Position numbers and translations under genes: made by a program
Shown: positions 19,930 to 28,401 of the stretch, piece by piece
Layout of the letters: every line of letters begins with the position of its first letter
Position numbering within the stretch: position 1 is the first letter of the stretch
The notes under the pieces: generated by a model
What the model was told of the DNA's origin: nothing
Database searches by the model: none
The model's input: only the letters and a program-made list of their open reading frames with translations
Origin: an uncultured Bacilli bacterium
Lineage (GTDB): Bacteria > Bacillota_I > Bacilli_A > RFN20 > CAG-288
NCBI GenBank assembly: GCA_944332485.1
Contig: CALVKB010000004.1
Coordinates: 1-53,983, forward strand
Direction: 5' to 3'
Length of the DNA: 53,983 nt

Positions 19930-20334
19930 CTACTTATTAACATGGTTCAGCAACAAGCATTTTCCTTTTACTTCTAGCAATTCTATTGATCCATCACTAT
20001 ATTCCACTTCTGTGCAATAATCCTCGTGATCAATCCCCGTTAATTCCTTAATAATTGGAACAGGATCAACATCTTCGCCTTCAAAAAGTGCAATAAATGT
20101 TTCTGGATTATAGTACTCACCATCAACTCTACAGTCATTTAAATCAATATCAACTTGTACTAAATGTTTCTTTTCGTTTTTTTCATACTCTCCTTCAAAT
20201 AAAGAAGAAACGCTACAGTTAGAAAGCCTCGCACAGTGAGCAGCGATCTTAATAAAAGGAATATCAGCATAATCGTTTAATGAATAAGTGGCAAAATCCA
20301 CATATAACCAATTGACATCTCTTGCGGTTCTCAT
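19930..20334 (-). CDS. Hypothetical acidic protein
   Basis: RBS aaggag; operonic between AAA protease and WYL genes. Confidence 0.7.
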   Translation of the reverse strand: MRTARDVNWLYVDFATYSLNDYADIPFIKIAAHCARLSNCSVSSLFEGEYEKNEKKHLVQVDIDLNDCRVDGEYYNPETFIALFEGEDVDPVPIIKELTGIDHEDYCTEVEYSDGSIELLEVKGKCLLLNHVNK

Positions 20335-20344
20335 ATTTTTCTCC

Positions 20345-21646
20345 TTAAGCTAATCCTATAATGTTCAGAACCTCAAACGATTTGAGATTTTTCTTTTTAA
20401 ACAATTTGTCGGCCAATTTGATGAGCAACTTTTTGTTTTTCTTGAGATAGTGTTTTGTTTCTTTTTCGCATCTTTTCAGGAGCTTTTCTATTTCGATTTC
20501 ATTATGACGTCTTCTTTCTTCTGTTTCGTTTCTAATATATGGTTTGACTTCTGGAAGAGTATTAGCGCAAGATAAGAAGCCAACTCTGTTTATGGCTCTT
20601 GCTGCGATTTTATATGCTCTTTGCATATCTGAATCACACCCATCGGATCCTTTTTTAAAAATCAACTTTTCAGCAATTAAGCCTGCACAACTAATTTTTA
20701 TATCGGCGATTAATTTATCATGTGGATTGAACTCTCTATTGTTTTCAACAACAGACAAATATCCACCGTTATTGTTGATTGTTAATCTTCCAATCTTAAA
20801 GAATTCTGAGCAAGCTTTTGTCATTAAGGCGTGGCCAGCTTCATGAACTGCGTGCTGATAGATATCACTGTTACTACTATTTTTTACCTGATTAGTTAAA
20901 TTAAAAATTGAGTCATAGATCATTTCTGAAGTTATATTTTCAAAACCATTTGTAAGAAAAACTTCATTAACAATTGATTTAATCGTTGCACAAGGCACAT
21001 CATCTAAAGCTAATTCAAACTCTTCATTAACAAAATCAGATGGAAGAGTAACTCCAAGATCTTTAAAAAGCTTTTTAAGCAATAAAACTGCTTCTTTTCC
21101 TGTAGGAGATGGAATTCTTAAAACTTTTTCAAGGCGTCCACTTCTCATTAAAGGCTCAGGAATTTCATAAATATGATTGGTAGCACATAAAACCAAAATG
21201 TCAGATTCAGAACTAACACCATCGAGGTTATCTTGTAGGACTCTTTCAGCTCTACTGTCCTTGCCAATAAGAAGATCTAATTCATCAATCACAATAACAA
21301 CATGTCCTGTTTCTTTAGCTTTTTTGAACATTTCTTCTAATCCTTCAGAAACATTGTCCATGTCACCTCTAAAGACAAATGTCGGTGCCTCAGCATATTT
21401 AATTGTTTCTTTTATTAATAAAGACTTGCCATTGCCTGGATCACCATACATAAGAATGCCTCGAGGAATATCAACTCCTCTTTTTTTGTATTCCTTTGAT
21501 TCTTTAAACCATTTCAAAACCGAGATTAAGACTTCTTTTTGCTTTTGATGGCCAATTACCTTTCCTAAGGGTTCTTCAGAATCATTAACCTTTTGAGCAG
21601 GAATCAAATCATATGGTAATGTCTTTTTAATATCAATTTCTTCCAT
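20345..21646 (-). CDS. Soluble FtsH-like AAA ATPase / M41 zinc metalloprotease (no TM anchor)
   Basis: RGILMYGDPGNGKS, VIVIDELD, ATNH...LMRSGRLE, HEAGH, GLIAEK, GCDSD. Confidence 0.85.
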   Translation of the reverse strand: MEEIDIKKTLPYDLIPAQKVNDSEEPLGKVIGHQKQKEVLISVLKWFKESKEYKKRGVDIPRGILMYGDPGNGKSLLIKETIKYAEAPTFVFRGDMDNVSEGLEEMFKKAKETGHVVIVIDELDLLIGKDSRAERVLQDNLDGVSSESDILVLCATNHIYEIPEPLMRSGRLEKVLRIPSPTGKEAVLLLKKLFKDLGVTLPSDFVNEEFELALDDVPCATIKSIVNEVFLTNGFENITSEMIYDSIFNLTNQVKNSSNSDIYQHAVHEAGHALMTKACSEFFKIGRLTINNNGGYLSVVENNREFNPHDKLIADIKISCAGLIAEKLIFKKGSDGCDSDMQRAYKIAARAINRVGFLSCANTLPEVKPYIRNETEERRRHNEIEIEKLLKRCEKETKHYLKKNKKLLIKLADKLFKKKNLKSFEVLNIIGLA

Positions 21647-21654
21647 AAAACTAA

Positions 21655-22299
21655 TTACTCCTCTTCTTCGTTGGTAACCTTTTTATTTGGTTTCTTTTTA
21701 TTAATTCCTTTGTCGTATTGTTTGCAATCTTGGATGATTTTATCCTTTTCTTGAGGAGAATAATCCATAAACATGAATGTTTCTGGGTTAGTACTTTCTA
21801 AGTAATTGAATGTCCTTGCAAAAAGTATTGAAATCATTCTTCGTACATTAGGTGATTTATTGTTTGAGGTTCCTTCCACTATTGATTTGAGAAAAACATG
21901 ATCTTCATCTTCTTTTTCGTGGAACTCAAAATAGCCATTCTCCCTATCATAAGCTCTGTTTAAACCATGTTTTCTGGTATTAAGACAAAATCTTTTTCCC
22001 TCAAATTCTTTATAGATGCCATTGTAATAAGACAATAAGTTGTTGTAATTATCATTTACATGAAACTCATTTTTATCTGGACTAATAAAGACATCAATTG
22101 TTCCTATTTGGTTGTGAAGACCATACATTAAATGTGTTGCATCATTGAATTCACGAATTAATTTGTTTTGGAACAACTCTTCGTATTTACTCTGTATAAC
22201 TTCTGGATCTTCCGAATAATTATTCTTTTTTTCAACATTCCATATACCATTTCTTACATTAGCAATCCATGTCATTATTGTTTCAAATTTGAATTTCAT
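21655..22299 (-). CDS. Hypothetical protein, first gene of the protease-WYL operon
   Basis: RBS gaggt; 214-aa ORF, 8 nt upstream of the AAA gene. Confidence 0.7.
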   Translation of the reverse strand: MKFKFETIMTWIANVRNGIWNVEKKNNYSEDPEVIQSKYEELFQNKLIREFNDATHLMYGLHNQIGTIDVFISPDKNEFHVNDNYNNLLSYYNGIYKEFEGKRFCLNTRKHGLNRAYDRENGYFEFHEKEDEDHVFLKSIVEGTSNNKSPNVRRMISILFARTFNYLESTNPETFMFMDYSPQEKDKIIQDCKQYDKGINKKKPNKKVTNEEEE

Positions 22300-22387
22300 T
22301 TTTCTTACCTCGCACCATTATGATACAAAGACCAATGTCCGTTTTTCCGTGCATAGCAAAAAGTACTATAATTGCGAGGAAACAAAG

Positions 22388-22625
22388 ATGAAAAACATTA
22401 AAAACTATGTTATATCAGCCAATATTGATGAAAAAATGAATAAAATTGTTTTAGAAATTAAAAAAAATACGTACAGGTATGTACGAAATTAAGGATTGGG
22501 ATTCATGTGTCGAAACTGCTTTTTTGATTCTAGATAAGATTCTAGAAAACGGCTTAACACCATTAATGTTGGATACATTTATCGAATCATTTTCAAGAAA
22601 CGAAAAAACTAGTTTTGATGCCTAA
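22388..22625 (+). pseudogene. Small divergent gene (~78 aa) interrupted in an A8 run
   Basis: RBS gagg, ATG 22388; A7 instead of A8 at 22460-22467 gives MKNIK...KIRTGMYEIKDWDSCVETAFLILDKILE...FDA*. Confidence 0.45.
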
Positions 22626-23083
22626 AAATATATGATTTGTATTTTTCTTTTATTGTTGAGTATGCTTTTTTGACCGCAGTAGCGGATTTATTAGTTGCTC
22701 TCCCTATTCCTCTAAGAGAAATGTAAGGATTTTTCAGTCTAAACGACAAATAGAACAACTGCTTTTCTGATAGTGTTTTTAAAAAAGCCTCTGCACTCCT
22801 ATCTTCTTCTTGCCAATTTAGAGCATCGTCCACTTTTTCTGAAGAAGCAAGTATGAGCCCTTCAAAATTAAAAGCATCCATTGAAAGACAGTGATATCGA
22901 TTTCTTCTTAACATAGTCAATTCTTGCTTAACGTCATTCGACAAACATAAGAAACCATTCGGCTTTCGTATCTTCAGGATAGTATCTGGTTCTTTTTCCA
23001 TTCTCTAAACGCCATTCAATTCCAATAGGTTCTTTTGTTGTTTTGTTTCTTAGTATTTTTACCCCAGCATAATAATCAATCAT
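22609..23083 (-). pseudogene. Sigma-70 region-4-like HTH protein of mobile-element type, frameshifted near 22935
   Basis: AAAGGAGG RBS before ATG 23083; 49-aa ORF stops at 22934; second frame carries RRNRYHCLSMDA..EG and LSEKQ...SLRGIGRATNKSATAV. Confidence 0.6.
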
Positions 23084-23158
23084 TTCACATCCTCCTTTAA
23101 TTGAATATTACAATGAAAAAGCCCACTACTCAGTTTTTCAACTTTTCATGGGCAATAA

Positions 23159-24604
23159 TTATGCTTTGCTTTCTTCTTTGGTTAAGCGTTCCATTATTTT
23201 CTGGAAAGCTCCTTCGTAGATTCTCTTAATGCCGTTATATTCAACAGTAAGTTGTTCAAGAGTCATGCTGGTGTAGTCTTTTTTCAAATGAGCAGAGCTT
23301 TCCTTAATAAAGTCGTTTAATTGTTTATAGACTAAATCCTTTGTTTTGAGGCTCTTCATCTTTTCTCTTACACCAGAATTCATGATTTCACCAACCATCA
23401 TATTCATCTGATTGATCATGTTCTCACGCTCAGTAATGTAAGTTCTGACTTTAATTGCATCAGCTTCCGACAAAGCGTTCTTGTCAACTTGTAGAAGTTC
23501 GTCAATCGAATAGTTAAGACTATTGTCTATCTTATAAAGATAGTTGATATGGATTGGAGTTGCAAACTTCTTCATTGAAAGCAGCGCTTCCTTAGACCAG
23601 CCTTTCTCAAAGCCGTTCTTAATTAACGAAAGCCCAACTTCAGCAAGTTCCTTAGAATCTTTTCTGTTGAGAACATATTCCACTACTTTTTTAGCGGTCT
23701 CATCTGATACAGCTAATAAGATTCTCACCAAAGATCTTGTTTTGTATTCATTAATCCAGCCTTTAGATAGCAATTGTTCGATAGCTTCTTCGCATCTGGC
23801 TGAGTTAGATTTAACAAAGTCATATTTGCTTTCTTTGAAGAAATAGATTCCAAACACATTAATAACGCTTGTGACTTTAATATATTCATTAAAAATCGAA
23901 CCTAAGTTGTTATCTTTATCTTTGAAGATGAATCTCTCTTTTAGCATTGCATTAAGAACGGTTTGAGATAAAGCATTCCATTGGCCACCAGTTATTTCGC
24001 TAGTAATTTCGCAAGGATAAGCTGAAATATTCATGCTTTGGCCTTTGTAGACTTTATCAAACTCTTCTTTGTCGATTGGAAGGAACTTATTGTCATCTAA
24101 ATTAACAACTATTCTTTCTTCAGAGAAGATAGCATCATATACATCTCTCTTGGTTGTACCTGGTTCGCTTTCAAAGCTGATGTCCAAGAAGGTGGAATTC
24201 TCATCTTTTGGCATCATGAATTGCTTAAGCAATTCTTGATTATCAAAGAGGTTTCCTTCAAAGACCTTGTTTCTAAATCTAGAAGCATTAAACATCTCGT
24301 AATACTTGAAGTGATCAGAAACCATCATAGTTACTGGATATAAGGAATTTTCGATAATTCCATCAATTTGACTTTCTGTGAATTCAGAAATTTCCTTATA
24401 TAGTCTCTTGAAGTGTGAATTAAGAGAACCTTGGCCACAGATTTCTTCAATATAATCGAATGCTTCTTTTTTGGTTTTAGCATTCTTGATTAATGAAGCC
24501 ACTAAATATGAATCGTATGTCGCTTTTTGATAAGTATCATAACGAAGCATTACTTTGTAAAAGGTATTAGGCAAGCTTAGAGCCACTCTTGCTTTGATTT
24601 CCAT
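23159..24604 (-). CDS. Hypothetical 481-aa partner of the helicase
   Basis: Overlaps helicase 3' end by 38 nt, own RBS aaggag; helical/coiled-coil C-terminus. Confidence 0.8.
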   Translation of the reverse strand: MEIKARVALSLPNTFYKVMLRYDTYQKATYDSYLVASLIKNAKTKKEAFDYIEEICGQGSLNSHFKRLYKEISEFTESQIDGIIENSLYPVTMMVSDHFKYYEMFNASRFRNKVFEGNLFDNQELLKQFMMPKDENSTFLDISFESEPGTTKRDVYDAIFSEERIVVNLDDNKFLPIDKEEFDKVYKGQSMNISAYPCEITSEITGGQWNALSQTVLNAMLKERFIFKDKDNNLGSIFNEYIKVTSVINVFGIYFFKESKYDFVKSNSARCEEAIEQLLSKGWINEYKTRSLVRILLAVSDETAKKVVEYVLNRKDSKELAEVGLSLIKNGFEKGWSKEALLSMKKFATPIHINYLYKIDNSLNYSIDELLQVDKNALSEADAIKVRTYITERENMINQMNMMVGEIMNSGVREKMKSLKTKDLVYKQLNDFIKESSAHLKKDYTSMTLEQLTVEYNGIKRIYEGAFQKIMERLTKEESKA

Positions 24605-27071
24605 AATCGATTTCTCCTTCTTTATATCTAATCATCTTTCCTGCTGAGGAAATGTATTCAATGATGTCTTTGAAATAGTGCCTATCCATTCCACCACTGA
24701 TTTTCATGTTGATTTTGCTTAAAGTGATCTTATTTCCGAAAACAATGAGTTTGTCTCTTGAACGAGACATGGAAACATTGATTCTTCTAAAATCGTTTAA
24801 GAAGTTTCTTTGAGTTGCATCAGTAACAACTGTATTGACAAGAACAACATCACATTCTTTCCCCTGAAAAGCATCCACGGTATCAATATCAAATGATTTG
24901 AATAACTTTTTAGCTTCATTGATTAGAGCTATGTTGTTCTTTTGGAAGTGATTAATTTGAGCAGCATATGGGAAGATAGCAGCAACAGACATCTTCTCTG
25001 GATTAATCGCTGTTTTCATTAAATCTTTCAATATAGCAACAGTTGCGTTGATTTCTTGGACATTGAATCTAGAAGTTCCGTCTTTTGTTTCTTGACCACC
25101 TAACACTTCAACAAAAACTGCATCTTTGTCTTCAAATGCTGGGTTAGTGAAATGAACTTTTTCAGGCCTAACTTCTTCTCTTCTTCCAATAAGCTCACCG
25201 TTATAGAACATGTTATAACATGTAAGGACTTGCTTAACTGATCGATAATTCTCATTTAAGAGCACTAATCTATTACTTTCTTTAGCTTTGGATAAAACCT
25301 TGGCGAAGACTGATTGTTCATACATGGCTTGCATTTTTTCAAACATATCTTCGTCATAGCTTGGGAGCTCTTTGACATCATCTTTTGTAAATTCAAGGAG
25401 AGGAGCTAATTGGAAGTCATCACCAACCATGATGATTCTGCTTACATATGGAAGATATCTGAGAACTTCTGTAATTGGGCATTTACTGACTTCATCAATA
25501 ATAAGCCAGTCATAGCCCTTAAGAGTTTCAAGGCCTTTCTTACCAGCGATAGCACTTGTTGTGGTTGTAGCTCCGATAACTGAGAATTCGCTATCAACTT
25601 CCTCAGAATATCTGAATCTAAACTCACCATTAAAGTTAGCCATAGAAAGAGCCATCTTCTCTTTTAACTTTTTATTGGTCGATCTTTCATTATGAGCAAG
25701 GAACTTTCTGCCCCATGTTTTATATAAGGTTTCATCGATGTATTCTTTTGAATACTTGTTACGTCTATTGGTAATTCTATTAGGAATAATAAGGTCATTA
25801 TTCTCCATCAACTTATCCAAAACATTGTCAATAGCGATGTGGGTTTGAGAAGAGATAATAACTTTTTCGCCTAATTCCTTTGTAATGTATTGAGTAATCG
25901 CATTAATGACATGCGTTTTACCTGTTCCTGGTGGCCCTTTAATAAGACTGACAGGAGAGCCATCTATTGCCATCAAGAAGGCTTTTCTCTGTGATTCATT
26001 TAAGCCTTCCATGTACTTCTCTTTAGTCCTTGAAGTTCTAGAGACATGGTTAGGCATTTTTGTGTCGCCAATTAAGTATTCCAATAACTCTGAAGCTGCA
26101 CCTGTGGCACCTTGATTGATTAATCTTAAAGAGTTATCGATGGACTCAATTTTGATTTTTTGGCCCATATCATAAAGGTTTAGATATGAATAGTCTTCTT
26201 CGTAATCAGCAGAGGACTTCATTTCTCCAGAAAGGATAACTTCGTCTTTGACGATTCTGATGTTAACTAATAAGAATTGTTTAAGGTTTTTAGCGGCAGC
26301 TTCAGTAACAAAGTTATAGTTACTTAAGTAAATGTTGTCATCACCACATCTTTTAATTCTTGCGAGAACTTCCATACCACCTTCAATGTGTACGTCTATG
26401 AGTTCTCTGACCTTATCTTTAATGTCGTTGCTTAAGGTGTCGTATTGAGTAACGTCAAATTTGTAGCCTTTAATGACTCCGTTTTGGTCCTTTACTTCTT
26501 GCTTGAAGTCAGAATCAAACTCTTTAACATCAGCAGGAACAAAGAAGTAAGACTCCGTTTTACTGACTACAGGATATGTAATATTGTTGTTGAGTTCGTC
26601 AGATAACTTCTTATAGAAGTTGAATATTTCCATGAACTCATCAAATTGACCGATATTATATTCAAATTCGTTTGAGTTAGCTAAGATATTTAATGCTTCT
26701 CTAGTTTGGTCTATTTTCATTGGAGGATAACCAGCATAAACGAATTTAGTTCTAGTTAATACACCTTTAAGTGTTTTGAAATCTGTTTCTTCTTCAAACA
26801 CCTTTTTAACGAAGAACATTCCGCCAAACGGAGGTCTGAAATCGCATTGAAGGTTTCCAACAAATCCAACTATTCCGCCACCTTTTCTTTCGTAACATAA
26901 TTTCACGTTGTCGATAGATTTTATGAATCTAGCATCTTTCGCATCGAATTTGATGGTCTTTTTGTTGGTGTTGATTTTGACATCATGATAAGTGTCATCT
27001 CTTAATTGTCTAATCCACTCTTGATCGAAATCCGGGAATGAATCTAATTTAAGTTCAAGTGCTAATGCCAT
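24567..27071 (-). CDS. Superfamily-1 Upf1/DNA2/NAM7-like helicase (AAA_11/AAA_12) with ~350-aa unknown N-terminus
   Basis: LNESQ, GPPGTGKT, SQTHIAIDN, IIDEVSK, VGDDFQLAP, NYRS, TVDAFQGKE, RRINVSMSRSR; RBS aggaggagg. Confidence 0.92.
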   Translation of the reverse strand: MALALELKLDSFPDFDQEWIRQLRDDTYHDVKINTNKKTIKFDAKDARFIKSIDNVKLCYERKGGGIVGFVGNLQCDFRPPFGGMFFVKKVFEEETDFKTLKGVLTRTKFVYAGYPPMKIDQTREALNILANSNEFEYNIGQFDEFMEIFNFYKKLSDELNNNITYPVVSKTESYFFVPADVKEFDSDFKQEVKDQNGVIKGYKFDVTQYDTLSNDIKDKVRELIDVHIEGGMEVLARIKRCGDDNIYLSNYNFVTEAAAKNLKQFLLVNIRIVKDEVILSGEMKSSADYEEDYSYLNLYDMGQKIKIESIDNSLRLINQGATGAASELLEYLIGDTKMPNHVSRTSRTKEKYMEGLNESQRKAFLMAIDGSPVSLIKGPPGTGKTHVINAITQYITKELGEKVIISSQTHIAIDNVLDKLMENNDLIIPNRITNRRNKYSKEYIDETLYKTWGRKFLAHNERSTNKKLKEKMALSMANFNGEFRFRYSEEVDSEFSVIGATTTTSAIAGKKGLETLKGYDWLIIDEVSKCPITEVLRYLPYVSRIIMVGDDFQLAPLLEFTKDDVKELPSYDEDMFEKMQAMYEQSVFAKVLSKAKESNRLVLLNENYRSVKQVLTCYNMFYNGELIGRREEVRPEKVHFTNPAFEDKDAVFVEVLGGQETKDGTSRFNVQEINATVAILKDLMKTAINPEKMSVAAIFPYAAQINHFQKNNIALINEAKKLFKSFDIDTVDAFQGKECDVVLVNTVVTDATQRNFLNDFRRINVSMSRSRDKLIVFGNKITLSKINMKISGGMDRHYFKDIIEYISSAGKMIRYKEGEIDYGNQSKSGSKLA

Positions 27072-27085
27072 GTTTCTACCTCCTC

Positions 27086-27504
27086 CTAGTAAGCTAATGC
27101 AGCTTCGTAATTTCTCATTGAATATAAAGCTTCTGTATAGATAATTTTGTTCTTTTTCATTTTGTATTTAACTGTGTAATCTCTGTCTTTTTTACTAACT
27201 TTGCGAGGTTCTTCATAGCAGACAATCGATTCATCTATGTATATACATAGTTTTTCTTGCTCCTGCTTAGAACCAACCTTGAAGTAAGGATCATTCTTAT
27301 TGATTTCCTTCAGTTCAAGATGCTCTTCCTCAGAGATATTTCTAACATCAATATTTGCATCCTTCCTATGATGTTTGACTCGTGGCATCCATCTAACCTT
27401 TTCAGTGTTTCTCTTCCGTTCTCTGCATAAACTGGGATGGTCTTAGGAATGTATTTTCCGCTACCAACGTGTCCAAATTGAGCTGTAACTGCATAATGTT
27501 CCAT
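27086..27504 (-). pseudogene. Conserved-hypothetical small protein (~139 aa) split by a 1-nt deletion near 27405
   Basis: RBS aaggag; adding one base gives ...GHVGSGKYIP...AENGRET-AEKVRWMPRVKHHRKDA...NDPYF, a pattern I recognise from Firmicute hypotheticals. Confidence 0.65.
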
Positions 27505-27830
27505 GTACGTGAATCTCCTTTAACGAAAGCAGAAGACGTACTATAACCAAAATATAAAATTTTAAATCAGTTAATCTTACAGTCAGAAATAGTACGTCCC
27601 GACGTACTACAGGTAATTATCAATCCTACTCAGATCTTTTCAGACCTTTTTGGTTGGAACCATAACGTGGTTTCCTTCGTTCGCAATTTCATTAAATCAA
27701 AAAAAAAAGTAACTGTCAAACGTTTTTGTGAAGCGAGTTCAGTTACATGAAGTAATTTTTTTGAGGTGGGGCACATACCTGTAGTGTTGCGAACGAAGGA
27801 TCTGCACCCCGAAGTATTCACGTTCGCAGT
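27505..27830 (-). promoter_or_regulatory. Highly structured ~330-nt leader with mutually exclusive pairings
   Basis: 14-bp IR 27673-86/27787-800, 10-bp IR 27606-15/27776-85, 9-bp IR 27590-98/27601-09, terminator-like stem plus U10; TATAAT at 27835-27840. Confidence 0.6.
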
Positions 27831-27879
27831 TATTATTATAAATAATTTATTGCGCCTGATAAAGAAAAAATCTCTGTTT

Positions 27880-27929
27880 GTTATTTACCATATTCAATGC
27901 TTAGTTTTGCATTAAATATGGTAAATAAC
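27880..27929. repeat. 50-bp palindrome (21-bp arms), second copy of the dispersed repeat
   Basis: GTTATTTACCATATTcAATGC-ttagtttt-GCATTaAATATGGTAAATAAC. Confidence 0.8.
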
Positions 27930-27939
27930 TTGAAACAAT

Positions 27940-28203
27940 ATGGTTAAAAAAAGATCTATGTCTAAAAAGGGATGTTCCCCAGACAATTCAATTTGTGAAG
28001 GATTCTTTGGAACAATTAAAAATGAGTTCATTTATCCAAATAATTGGAAATATACAACATGCGATGATTTTATTACTGAATTAGAAAAATATCTAAATTG
28101 GTTTAAAAATAAACGAATTAAGAAAAGATTAGGATATTTATCGCCAACACAATTTATGTAAAATTATAATCAATATTAGTCCAAAAAAATATCCGCATCC
28201 CCA
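27940..28203 (+). mobile_element. IS3-family remnant: transposase C-terminal fragment plus right end
   Basis: SMSKKGCSPDNSICEGFFGTIKNE...RIKKRLGYLSP; followed by gtccaaaaaaatatccgcatcccCA. Confidence 0.85.
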
Positions 28204-28401
28204 AAACTACCATTTGAGATTGACATTTACAAAAAATGTCCAATTTCTCAAACAAATATTATTTTTTGATACAGAGTATCAAAATATAAACTTCATTGTG
28301 TGCAATTTAATAAAAATATGCAAAGTACAATTTATAACATATACATTAAAGGGTTAGCGAAAACTTAATAGTCAACTAACCCTATTTTGTAAAGCGAGCA
28401 T

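Noticed and set aside
22934-22936. UGA-as-Trp (code 4) readthrough in island genes
   Set aside because: A TAA follows two codons later; Trp is TGG elsewhere and TGA ends bona fide genes.
27630-27821. 63-aa minus-strand ORF in the structured leader
   Set aside because: No RBS, crosses a T10 tract, no protein-like features; RNA structure explains the region better.
27880-27929. dif/Xer site
   Set aside because: One arm resembles a XerD half-site, but the 11-6-11 architecture is absent.
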